From the NCBI GenBank assembly GCA_045401115.1, contig CP174359.1, forward strand, positions 355,247 through 419,246: a stretch of 64,000 bases of DNA. Reading direction: 5' to 3'. Origin of the DNA: Candidatus Phycocordibacter aenigmaticus (GTDB lineage: Bacteria; Patescibacteriota; Minisyncoccia; Phycocordibacterales; Phycocordibacteraceae). Numbering within the stretch: position 1 is the stretch's first letter; each line of letters opens with the position of its first letter. The notes beneath the pieces were generated by a model, which did not search any database, was not told the DNA's origin, and was given only the letters and a program-made list of their open reading frames with translations. Made by a program: the position numbers and the translations under genes. Positions 28,623-37,589 of this stretch are shown here, in pieces.

Positions 28623-30971
28623 ATGAATCATCATATTATGTCCACTGAGCAATCTGATACAGCCCAAGCGGCACCAAAACGAGATATTGCGTTTTATGCA
28701 ACACTTGGCATGATATTTGTTACTCCACTTTTCCTTATTCCATCAACTCTTGCACCGGTACAGTTTTCAAAAACTATGCTCGTGCTGCTCCTCCTTGCTG
28801 TCGCACTTACCGCACTTACATATCAGATATTTCGTAAAGGGGTATTTCACCATGTATGGTCTTGGCTCCACCTAACAGTATGGATACTTCCTGTAGCGTA
28901 TTTCATTTCAGCCCTATTCTCAGCACAACCTTCACGTTCTTTCTTGGGGTACAGCCTTGAAGTAGATACATTTGGGTTCATATTACTTGCCGCAGCATTA
29001 GTGCATCTTGCGTCTTTAACTCTTATCACTAAAGGAAGAATGATTGCAGCTTTTTTTGCTCTATTAGCAGCATCTTGGGTTGTCTTTGTTTTCCAATTAA
29101 TCCAAATTGCCTTTGGCGCTCCGTTTCCATTTTTCCCTAATCCAACCGCCAATATGGTGGGAAGCTGGAATGATCTAGGAATCTTTGCAGGACTTGTTGC
29201 TTCGCTGACACTTCTTGCAGTCGAATCGTTACCTTTCTCAAGATTGCACCACCTATTGCTGGTGGCAACTTTTGTTGTTGCGCTTTTCTTTATCATGCTT
29301 GTTGGGTTTACTCCGGCATGGATCGCGTTTGGTCTCGTAGCGTTTGTGGCGCTTGTACTCCGTGTTTCTCGCGGTATATTCACAGAGAATAAAGAGTCAA
29401 ATATTCGTTGGCCCGGAGTATTGCCTGTCGTTGGTTTTGTAGCAGCAGTATTTTTTGCCACTATTGGGGGTGGTGTAACTAGCACCATTCAAAATGCATT
29501 TGGCGTGGATAACTTCGATGTGCGTCCAACGACTCAATCAACCATCAATATATTAAATTCTGTATATGCGGAAGATCCTGTTTTTGGTTCTGGACCGAAT
29601 ACATTCAGTTCACAATGGCTTCTGTATCGCTCTGCTGAAGTAGCGCAATCACCATTTTGGAATTTATCATTCAATGCTGGTGCAAGCCGAGTACTTTCTA
29701 GTGCCGCTACAGGCGGGCTTGTGGTGGCACTTGCATGGCTTGCGTTCTTAGTGTTGCTTCTCTATACACTTGGTCGCGCATTTTTCTCTGGTATTACTGA
29801 TAAACGCTCGTATACCATTGTCTCGTTCTCGGCGCTCACTGTTCTATATTTACTGGTTATGCATGTGTTCTATGCACCAAGTCAATCATTATCGATTCTC
29901 TTGTTCTTGTTTATAGGTGTCTTTCTTGCTTCACTGCGTGGCACGTCGCTTACACAAAATACAACACTACAGTTGAAAAAATCACCAAGAATAGGGATTG
30001 CTTTTGTGTTTGGCGGCATCGTAATGACTCTCTTTGTATTTGGGTCAGTGTATGGAGTAGGGCAAAAGTATGTAAGTGCGTATTATCATAATCATGCCAT
30101 TGTTATTGCCAACCAAGGTGAACTAGCAGCTGGATTAGAAAAATTAGAGTCTGCAATCGGCCTCTCTGCACAAGACCGGTACTACCGTACCGCGGCATTA
30201 ATTCATTTAGCTCAACTGGAAAGAATTGTACAATCAGATGATTCAGGAGCGGAAGCGCAGAGTGCATTTCAAACAGCGCTTGCTGGTGCAGTACAAAATG
30301 CCGGACTTGCGCTACAACAAAATCCACGAAGTTTTGAAAACATCATGCTCCGTGGTCGGGTCTTTGAAAGCGCGGTGCCGCTTGAAATTGACGGCGCTTT
30401 AGAAAATGCGCTTAGTGTGTACGAAAATGCTCGCGTGCTTAACCCACTAAGTCCTGAAATTGATTGGCGCCTTGCAACACTACATGCTTCAGAAGGTGAT
30501 ATTGAAAAGGCTCGTGAACTTATTTCGACTGCACTTTCAAAGAAGGCTGATTATACACAAGCTATACTGCTTCTCGCTCAAATTGAACTCAATGCTGGTA
30601 ACCTAACCGAAGCAATTAACTCGGTACGTGCAGCGGTATATTTTGAGCCGCAAAACACTCTACTGCTTTACCAACTAGGTATCCTATTCTTACAAGACAA
30701 TGATTATGAAAATGCTGCAGCAGCGCTCGAAGAGTCATTGCGGCTTAATCCGGAATTTGCCAATGCTGCGTTTTTCCTCGCGCAGGCATATGCGTATCTT
30801 GATGAATTTGAAGCAGCTTCAGATATCATTGAACGTCTCATAACAGTGAATCCTGACAATGAATCACTTGAACCAATTCATGAGGCACTTACGAATAATG
30901 TGAATCCGTTTGCGCAAGCGCCAGTAGCTCCGAATGATGGAGAAGATGAAGAAGGGGTAGAAATTGAATAG
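28623..30971 (+). CDS. Polytopic membrane protein (O-antigen-ligase-like) with C-terminal TPR repeats
   Basis: ~12 TM segments, P.FGSGP motif, C-terminal helical TPR-like repeats. Confidence 0.75.
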   Translation: MNHHIMSTEQSDTAQAAPKRDIAFYATLGMIFVTPLFLIPSTLAPVQFSKTMLVLLLLAVALTALTYQIFRKGVFHHVWSWLHLTVWILPVAYFISALFSAQPSRSFLGYSLEVDTFGFILLAAALVHLASLTLITKGRMIAAFFALLAASWVVFVFQLIQIAFGAPFPFFPNPTANMVGSWNDLGIFAGLVASLTLLAVESLPFSRLHHLLLVATFVVALFFIMLVGFTPAWIAFGLVAFVALVLRVSRGIFTENKESNIRWPGVLPVVGFVAAVFFATIGGGVTSTIQNAFGVDNFDVRPTTQSTINILNSVYAEDPVFGSGPNTFSSQWLLYRSAEVAQSPFWNLSFNAGASRVLSSAATGGLVVALAWLAFLVLLLYTLGRAFFSGITDKRSYTIVSFSALTVLYLLVMHVFYAPSQSLSILLFLFIGVFLASLRGTSLTQNTTLQLKKSPRIGIAFVFGGIVMTLFVFGSVYGVGQKYVSAYYHNHAIVIANQGELAAGLEKLESAIGLSAQDRYYRTAALIHLAQLERIVQSDDSGAEAQSAFQTALAGAVQNAGLALQQNPRSFENIMLRGRVFESAVPLEIDGALENALSVYENARVLNPLSPEIDWRLATLHASEGDIEKARELISTALSKKADYTQAILLLAQIELNAGNLTEAINSVRAAVYFEPQNTLLLYQLGILFLQDNDYENAAAALEESLRLNPEFANAAFFLAQAYAYLDEFEAASDIIERLITVNPDNESLEPIHEALTNNVNPFAQAPVAPNDGEDEEGVEIE

Positions 30972-30980
30972 TAAGCGATT

Positions 30981-32654
30981 ATGGTGGGGAAATTACTCGC
31001 TGCTATGAATACGCAAATACGCGGTCTCCATGAGACCGCGTATTTGCTTGCTATATTTACTTTTCTTTCGCAGATTTTAGCATTAGTTCGTGATCGCACT
31101 TTTGCTCATTTTTTCGGTGCCGATGCAGTGCTAGATGCGTATTTTGCAGCGTTCCGTATTCCTGATGTAGTATTTGCATTCCTTACATTATTTGTTTCTT
31201 CGTTTGCGCTCATCCCTTTGTTTGCGCGCCGCGGAGGTTCATACAGTGAGTCTTCTCGACGTCTTACTGGTGCGGTGCTCACTGTATTTGCTGGTATTAG
31301 CATTGTTGTGTCGGTTCTTCTTTTTATTGCAGCTCCATATATTGTTCCTATTCTTTTTCCTGGGTTTGATGCATCACTGACTGAAGTGGTGATACAACTT
31401 ACACGTATCATGTTGCTCCAGCCAATCTTGCTTGGATTTTCTTCGGTGGCGGCGAGTGTAATGCAGTCTGCTCGAAAATTCTTTCTTTATGCGTTGGCAC
31501 CAATTTTCTATAATGTTGGTATTATTTTCGGTGCAATGTTTTTGTACCCAGCACTCGGTATAACAGGTCTTGCGTGGGGTGTAGTGTTCGGTGCAGTATT
31601 GCATTTACTCGTACAAGCAATGCCGGTGCTTATGTACGATAAAGCATTAACTCCTCGTTTTCCTCACACCTTATGGAGGGATGTCTCTCAAGTGGTCCTT
31701 CTTTCACTCCCACGCGCGTTGGCGCTTTCTTCACAACAAGCGTTATTGCTTGTCTTTACTGGAATTGCTTCGATTGCTGCTGTGGGTAGTGTGTCCACAT
31801 TGTCATTCGGTTTTAATCTTCAGTCAGTACCTTTGGCAGTCATTGGCGTAAGTTATGCGGCGGCACTGTTTCCGTCACTCTCTACGCTTTTTACTAATAA
31901 AGATTACCAAACCTTTACTAAAGAAGTATGGGCGGCAGTACGACATACTATTTTTTGGATTACACCGGCGGTGTTGTTAATGGTTGTGTTGCGTGCACAA
32001 ATTGTACGGGTTGTGCTTGGTTCTGGTGAATTTACCTGGGCAGACACTCGTCTTACAGCAGCAATTCTTGCAGGTTTTGTTATTTCTCTTATTGCGCAAT
32101 CATCCATTCTTATTTTTTCTCGCGCATACTATGCTGCCGGTCGTTCACTTGAACCTATTGTCATTAATGTTTCTGCAGCGCTCGCTGCGAGTGTTGCAGC
32201 TTGGTATGGTGTTATATGGTTCCAAAATGCGACTGTCTGGCGGTATTTTTTAGAAGACCTTTTTCGTATTACTGATACACCGGGTTCAGAGGTATTAATG
32301 ATTGCGTTGGCGTATTCAGGGGTGATGTTTATTGCTGCGCTACTCTTTGCAATAATTTTTGCACGGCGTTTTGGATTTGAAAATCGAACAGCAGGTTCAC
32401 TTTTGTTCTCTTTTGCTGCTTCAGTTATCGGTGCCAGTGCCGCATATATTATTCTGCAGGTATTAGGACCACTTTTGCCAACTGACACATTCTTAGGTAT
32501 CTTTACGCAAGGAGCGGTAGCTGGTGTTGTAGGACTTGGGGTTTGGGTAGGGACACTAATATTCCTCGGTAGCCGTGATTTCTTGGAAGTAAGCACTGTT
32601 TTTTATCGTCTTATAAGACAGCGTATTCACCAAGACTCCTCAAATAAATCATAA
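30981..32654 (+). CDS. murJ: Lipid II flippase MurJ/MviN
   Basis: LALVRDR...FGA...LDAYFAAFRIPD motif. Confidence 0.9.
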   Translation: MVGKLLAAMNTQIRGLHETAYLLAIFTFLSQILALVRDRTFAHFFGADAVLDAYFAAFRIPDVVFAFLTLFVSSFALIPLFARRGGSYSESSRRLTGAVLTVFAGISIVVSVLLFIAAPYIVPILFPGFDASLTEVVIQLTRIMLLQPILLGFSSVAASVMQSARKFFLYALAPIFYNVGIIFGAMFLYPALGITGLAWGVVFGAVLHLLVQAMPVLMYDKALTPRFPHTLWRDVSQVVLLSLPRALALSSQQALLLVFTGIASIAAVGSVSTLSFGFNLQSVPLAVIGVSYAAALFPSLSTLFTNKDYQTFTKEVWAAVRHTIFWITPAVLLMVVLRAQIVRVVLGSGEFTWADTRLTAAILAGFVISLIAQSSILIFSRAYYAAGRSLEPIVINVSAALAASVAAWYGVIWFQNATVWRYFLEDLFRITDTPGSEVLMIALAYSGVMFIAALLFAIIFARRFGFENRTAGSLLFSFAASVIGASAAYIILQVLGPLLPTDTFLGIFTQGAVAGVVGLGVWVGTLIFLGSRDFLEVSTVFYRLIRQRIHQDSSNKS

Positions 32655-32656
32655 TT

Positions 32657-34456
32657 ATGAAGACTGATCATATAAGAAATTTTTCTATTATCGCGCATAT
32701 TGATCATGGTAAAAGTACGTTAGCCGATCGTATGCTCGAGATTACTAAATCTGTTGAAATGCGTAAAATGCGTGAGCAGATGCTTGATGCGATGGATCTT
32801 GAACGTGAGCGTGGTATTACGATTAAAATGCAGCCAGCGCGCATGCACTTTAGTGTTGGGGGAGAAGAGTATGTACTTAACCTTATTGATACCCCGGGTC
32901 ACATAGATTTTGCATACGAGGTGTCACGCGCACTTACTGCCGTTGAGGGTGTGTTACTGCTTGTTGATGCAACTCAGGGCGTACAAGCTCAAACACTGGC
33001 CACGCTTGCTATGGCGAAGGAGGCAGGATGTGTGATTATTCCAGTGATTTCCAAAACCGATATGCCGAACGCGCGAATTGCCGAAACGCAACTTGAGATT
33101 ATTGAGTTATTAAATTGTGATGAATCAGATATTTATCTTGTTTCAGGTAAAACCGGCAGTGGTGTTGAGGAGTTGCTGGACGGTATTGTAAAGACCGTGC
33201 CACCACCTACTCCTTCAGTTCAGGAACATGGCGGCCGGGCGCTTATTTTTGATTTTTCTTATTCCGAACACCGGGGAGTTGTTATGTTTATTCGGGTGAC
33301 TGATGGCACGATCACTACTAAAGATACTTTGTCGCTTGCAATCAATAACCATCAGTTCCAAGCGGGAGAGGTGGGGTGGTTCCTTCCCGAGCCGGCGGTA
33401 AGTGGACAGCTTACAACCGGTGAGATTGGCTACGTGGTCAGTGGTTTGAAAGAGCCGGGTATTGCGGTCGTGGGAGACACACTCACTAGCGCAGGTACTA
33501 AACTGCCAGCACTGCCGGGATACAAACAGCCAAAGCCAGTGGTATGGGCCTCACTGTTCCCTGAAAGCCAAGATGAGTTTGTCTATTTAAAACAGGCTCT
33601 GGCACGCCTCCAGCTTTCTGACAGTGCACTCTCTTTTGAAGAAGACGGGTCAAGTGTATTAGGGAAAGGATTTCGTTGCGGTTTCTTGGGTATGCTCCAT
33701 CTGGAGATTGTGACTGAACGTTTGCGCCGTGAGTTTAAACTAACTCCCATTCTTACGACACCGTCCATTATGTATGATGTGGTGTATAAAGACGGCACTG
33801 AAGAAGTTATTTTCAGTCCGTCACAGTTTCCTGATCATGGCTCTTTAGAAAAAGTGTTTGAACAATGGACTCGACTCACCATTATCGCTCCCCCTGAGTA
33901 CCTTTCAGGTATTACACAACTTATCTATGAGCATGAAGGTCAGGTCGCTACATCTGAGCTTTTTTCAGATGGGCGAATGTCAGTTACTGCTGATATGCCA
34001 CTTCGGGAGCTTATGCGAGGCTTTTTTGACCGGTTAAAAAGTGTTTCAAGTGGTTTTGCATCCCTCTCTTATGAATTTACTGATAAACGGCCCGCAGATG
34101 TCACGCGCCTAGATGTGTTGGTTGCTGAGGAGGCAGTTCCTGCGTTTTCACGGGTAGTTTCGCGCTCTCGCGCTGAGGAAGATGCACGAAGCGCTGTTGA
34201 AAAACTCAACAAGACACTCCCGAAGCAATTATTTGTGGTGAAGATTCAAGCAAAAGCTGACGGACGCATTATCGCCTCAAAATCACTTTCAGCGATGCGA
34301 AAAGATGTAACCGGTCACTTGTATGGCGGTGATGTGAGTCGCAAGAAAAAGCTTTTGGAAAAACAAAAGAAAGGAAAAGAGCGCCGCGGGAGTCACGGTA
34401 AAGTATCTATTCCGCCGGATGTGTTTCTTAAAATGGTGAACCTCTCTGACGAGTAG
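32657..34456 (+). CDS. lepA: Elongation factor 4
   Basis: AHIDHGKSTLADR, GFRCGFLGMLH and LYGGDVSRKKKLLEKQK motifs. Confidence 0.96.
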   Translation: MKTDHIRNFSIIAHIDHGKSTLADRMLEITKSVEMRKMREQMLDAMDLERERGITIKMQPARMHFSVGGEEYVLNLIDTPGHIDFAYEVSRALTAVEGVLLLVDATQGVQAQTLATLAMAKEAGCVIIPVISKTDMPNARIAETQLEIIELLNCDESDIYLVSGKTGSGVEELLDGIVKTVPPPTPSVQEHGGRALIFDFSYSEHRGVVMFIRVTDGTITTKDTLSLAINNHQFQAGEVGWFLPEPAVSGQLTTGEIGYVVSGLKEPGIAVVGDTLTSAGTKLPALPGYKQPKPVVWASLFPESQDEFVYLKQALARLQLSDSALSFEEDGSSVLGKGFRCGFLGMLHLEIVTERLRREFKLTPILTTPSIMYDVVYKDGTEEVIFSPSQFPDHGSLEKVFEQWTRLTIIAPPEYLSGITQLIYEHEGQVATSELFSDGRMSVTADMPLRELMRGFFDRLKSVSSGFASLSYEFTDKRPADVTRLDVLVAEEAVPAFSRVVSRSRAEEDARSAVEKLNKTLPKQLFVVKIQAKADGRIIASKSLSAMRKDVTGHLYGGDVSRKKKLLEKQKKGKERRGSHGKVSIPPDVFLKMVNLSDE

Positions 34457-34469
34457 GGAACCGAGTATT

Positions 34470-34583
34470 TTAGAAGAAGTAAATGATTGGGGTGTAGAGG
34501 ATTATCATGCTTACAATGATAAGAAACACAAGCACGCCCCATACCCACTTCATAGCCCCTTTCGTTTTCTTGGAAAATAGCAT
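34470..34583 (-). CDS. Unannotated 37-aa single-TM peptide MLFSKKTKGAMKWVWGVLVFLIIVSMIILYTPIIYFF
   Basis: ORF read manually. Basic N-terminus followed by a clean hydrophobic helix, convergent on lepA. Confidence 0.65.
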   Translation of the reverse strand: MLFSKKTKGAMKWVWGVLVFLIIVSMIILYTPIIYFF

Positions 34584-34700
34584 ATTGAGGACAGTATACC
34601 CATATCCGAAGCACCTGACTAGTGGAGGGTTATAGTACATATTAAATGAGATACATTACCTTCATAGGAGCTGTGTGTATCCGTAAGGTAGAATACAGGT

Positions 34701-35078
34701 ATGTTGAAAGGGCGAATTGAGCGACTTATTGTAAAAATATTACTGTGGGTGTTTATTGCCTTTCTTGTTGTCGTGACTGTTTTTTTGCTTGGCGCAACGT
34801 GGGAAGCGTATCAAAAAGAGCGGCTTGCGTGGCGTGAACACGCGAACGCTAAAGAGCGGTATGACGAAGTGTATAAACGTCATGAGACTCTTGTTAAAGA
34901 AATTGAGACGCTTTCTAATGAGCGAGGGCGTGAAGCAGAGTTCCGCACCCGTTTCCCCGTAGCTCGAGAAGGGGAGGAGGTCATTGTGCTTGTAGACGCG
35001 CCTGAGGTGCCTCAGGAGGGACAGGAAGATGAACGTCGGAGTATATGGAGTTCCGTTCGTGACTGGTTCGGATTTTAG
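34701..35078 (+). CDS. Septum formation initiator (FtsB/DivIC-like)
   Basis: TM, coiled coil, then E...R...AREGEEVIVLV. Confidence 0.7.
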   Translation: MLKGRIERLIVKILLWVFIAFLVVVTVFLLGATWEAYQKERLAWREHANAKERYDEVYKRHETLVKEIETLSNERGREAEFRTRFPVAREGEEVIVLVDAPEVPQEGQEDERRSIWSSVRDWFGF

Positions 35079-35169
35079 TGGGCGAATATTATACCTACAG
35101 CGTTGTATTTAAGATGCTCTAAGGTTACACTGATGGGGTAACAACAGCATAAATAAAAAAAGATAGTAT

Positions 35170-35418
35170 ATGGATGCACAGAAAACAGTAACGATTTACT
35201 CAACACCAACATGTCATTTTTGTCAGATGGCAAAAGAGTTTTTCAAGGCAAATGACGTGGAATTTACTGACCACAACGTGGCAGAAGAACTTGAAAAGCG
35301 TCAAGAAATGATTGATATGACCGGTCAAATGGGTGTACCGGTAATTAAGATAGGAGACGATGTAGTTATTGGATTTGATGAAGGTAAGATTAAATCTTTA
35401 CTTGAAATCGAAGGATAA
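35170..35418 (+). CDS. Glutaredoxin/NrdH-redoxin
   Basis: YSTPTCHFC and GQMGVPVI motifs. Confidence 0.92.
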   Translation: MDAQKTVTIYSTPTCHFCQMAKEFFKANDVEFTDHNVAEELEKRQEMIDMTGQMGVPVIKIGDDVVIGFDEGKIKSLLEIEG

Positions 35419-35514
35419 GTATCATTTCGCTCCTTTTAAAGCCTGCTACTGCAGGCTTTTTTATATAGTCTAAAACTTGACAACTATATATAATATGTTA
35501 CGATATATCGCATT

Positions 35515-35832
35515 ATGCAACATATAGAACAACTACAAGCAATCGAACACGCACCGGCACGTTTGTGTAACTTAGGTATTTATGGGGAACTTAAGGTGCA
35601 TGATGTAGAAAAAGCGGTAGAAGCTGGTGAAATAAGCTTCCATGAAGGGGTTGAGTTAATTGAAAAATTTGGTGATCTTTCTAGAGTAGAGGCTTCACGC
35701 GTTCTTGAAGATGCTCTTGAGTCTCCGAATGATGCTATAGCTGAACTTCTTTCTGAAAGCGCACCACCTCTAAATGACGGCACTAATGTGTTTTACAGTG
35801 CCTGTGAAGCAATCTTCCAGTCTGGAATGTAG
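35515..35832 (+). CDS. Hypothetical protein
   Basis: 105-aa acidic ORF with a TTGACA promoter upstream and a terminator-like hairpin downstream. Confidence 0.6.
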   Translation: MQHIEQLQAIEHAPARLCNLGIYGELKVHDVEKAVEAGEISFHEGVELIEKFGDLSRVEASRVLEDALESPNDAIAELLSESAPPLNDGTNVFYSACEAIFQSGM

Positions 35833-35876
35833 TTGTCTATACTCTCTTCCAAACAACCCGCTTACATGGCGGGTTG

Positions 35877-36151
35877 TTTTTATTGATGTCCGCGCTAGAA
35901 CGCTTCGCTATCTCACTGCTCCCCAGCACCAGTTTGAGACAAAATGAAAATGGTTCGAAAATCTTTGTATGGAAATGAAACGTATCATACCTACTCACGT
36001 CCGTTCTCAAACTGGAGCTGGGTGTGCTCATAGAACCCTCGGTTCTATGTCGGCCAAAGGCCTAACTCCTCCACGGGAAAACAACGTGTTTTCCCGACCC
36101 TTTTCCAGTTCGATTCCTAGCAAGGGCACGGAATATGCTTCGCATTTTTAT
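35877..36151 (-). other. tRNA-3'-associated structured element, family A (expanded)
   Basis: Perfect 22-bp inverted copy of the tRNA-Arg 3' end (36108-36129 vs 36154-36175). Family-A core. Degenerate direct copy at 35877-35900. Confidence 0.85.
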
Positions 36152-36226
36152 TGGTGCCCTTGCTAGGAATCGAACCTAGATCTAGAACTTAGGAGGTTCT
36201 TGTTCTATCCATTGAACTACAAGGGC
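36152..36226 (-). tRNA. tRNA-Arg(CCT)
   Basis: GCCCTTG/CAAGGGC acceptor, AGAAC-CTCCTAA-GTTCT anticodon arm, GGTTCGATTCC, encoded CCA. Confidence 0.95.
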
Positions 36227-36325
36227 ATAGTGCTTCACGATAATGCGCGTCTTTTGCAAGCAAGAAGTGAATAGAAGTCTTGCTTATATTCACGCCGACG
36301 CGCCGCAAAAGTGGAAGCGCATTAT

Positions 36326-36598
36326 CTTACCACGCGCCCGCGTATGAAAAGACACGCAGTGCTTTCATACAAGAGCCAAAGGTTTGTGGTATTCCCACTG
36401 GCTCATGAAATACACGCAGTGATTTCATACAAGGGTGAGTAAAGGAGCTCGCTTACATTTTTGTTGAGGCGATGGAAAAAGTAAAGCGTGTTGCCTTACC
36501 ACGCGCCCGCGTATGAAAAGACACGCAGTGCTTTCATACAAGAGCCAAAGGTTTGTGGTATTCCCACTGGCTCATGAAATACACGCAGTGATTTCATA
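36326..36598. repeat. 104-bp perfect direct repeat (36326-36429, 36495-36598), each unit with two ATGAAA..CAC-GCA-GTG..TTTCAT hairpins
   Basis: Direct sequence comparison, period 169 bp. Confidence 0.9.
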
Positions 36599-36673
36599 TA
36601 AGGCATCGGACGTATCAAGCCGCACGGGGGTAAATACCCCCTAAACGGCTCTCTATGTTGTACACTGTTTTAT

Positions 36674-37012
36674 ATGAATCAGCAAAAGCAAAAAAAAGAA
36701 CCAGGACCTTCTTTAGATGAAGTATATAAGCTTGCTAAGGAAAATAATCGCATGCTCAAAGCCATGCGTCGGGATGCTTTCATTGGTGCTATCTTAAAAT
36801 TTGTGTTCTGGATTGCGATACTTTTTGTTATTCCTTATATTTTATATACGGTGTATCTGCAACCTCATTTAGTCAATCTTCAAAATACATATAATCAGTT
36901 TAATCAAAAAGTAGAAGCAATTGACGGCGCCTCACAAGAACTTCAGCAAGTGCGTGAAAGCCTCCCTGAAGGCTTTAACTCCTTTCTTGAGCAGTTTGGT
37001 ATTGGTGGCTAG
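36674..37012 (+). CDS. Hypothetical single-TM protein
   Basis: ENNRMLKAMRR, then a TM helix and a coiled coil. Confidence 0.7.
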   Translation: MNQQKQKKEPGPSLDEVYKLAKENNRMLKAMRRDAFIGAILKFVFWIAILFVIPYILYTVYLQPHLVNLQNTYNQFNQKVEAIDGASQELQQVRESLPEGFNSFLEQFGIGG

Positions 37013-37085
37013 AAAGATGGATTTTTGAGTGGGTTTTGATAGAATGGGGGACATTGCTAAGATTGAATGGTCTTGGTGATTGCCC

Positions 37086-37176
37086 TGCCGAGGGAAGATG
37101 TACTTCGTGTTATCTTGCCTCGGATGCAGTAAAGTTCCTCTCGAGGTAAAGCTTCTTACGGTCGCTTTGCCTCGGC
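37086..37176 (-). ncRNA. Candidate tRNA-like RNA with the tRNA-Phe acceptor stem
   Basis: Minus strand GCCGAGG...CCTCGGC-A with three internal arms, behind a mirror copy of the tRNA-Phe promoter. Confidence 0.4.
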
Positions 37177-37243
37177 GTCGAGCTGAGAGAATACGCTTCC
37201 TTTTTTCCGGCACGTCAACAAAAATGTAAGCGAGCTTCCATTT

Positions 37244-37272
37244 TTGTCTTGCTTGGAAAAATCGCGTATTCT
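37244..37272 (+). promoter_or_regulatory. Putative sigma70 promoter of tRNA-Phe
   Basis: TTGTCT-17 nt-TATTCT, 12 nt upstream of the tRNA. Confidence 0.55.
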
Positions 37273-37284
37273 CGTTAACCTCTT

Positions 37285-37358
37285 GCCGAGGTAGCTCAGG
37301 TGGTTAGAGCACTGGTCTGAAGAACCAGGTGTCGGCGGTTCGAGTCCGCCCCTCGGCA
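37285..37358 (+). tRNA. tRNA-Phe(GAA)
   Basis: GCCGAGG/CCTCGGC acceptor, CTGGT-CTGAAGA-ACCAG anticodon arm, GGTTCGAGTCC. Confidence 0.95.
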
Positions 37359-37561
37359 CAAAAACAATGAAGCCCGATACGAGAGTATCGGGCGATTTGT
37401 TTTGTAGCTACGAGGGCGGACTCGAAAGACGGAGCCGTGGGTCCCCATTGTGCTGAGTTTCAGGCACAATGGGGCGGCGAGTCCGGGCAGGAGGTTGTTA
37501 TGAGTTTTTCTATCGAGAGATAGGTAAAAACGAATTACGAACCTGACGCCGAGTCCGCCCC
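37359..37561 (+). other. tRNA-3'-associated structured element, family B
   Basis: Antisense copy GAGGGCGGACTCGAA. Core GAAAGACGGAG...GAGTCCGGGCAGGAG...TGACGC. 12-bp direct copy CGAGTCCGCCCC (37341-37352 = 37550-37561). Confidence 0.85.
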
Positions 37562-37589
37562 ATAACTTAGACTGGTTTATACTATACAT

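Noticed and set aside
34475-34552. Apparent RNA hairpin after lepA as an ncRNA
   Set aside because: Better explained by the 37-aa membrane ORF on the minus strand.
36326-36598. Possible CRISPR array (four similar hairpin repeats)
   Set aside because: The intervening sequences are duplicated rather than unique, repeat lengths differ, and no cas genes are in the window.
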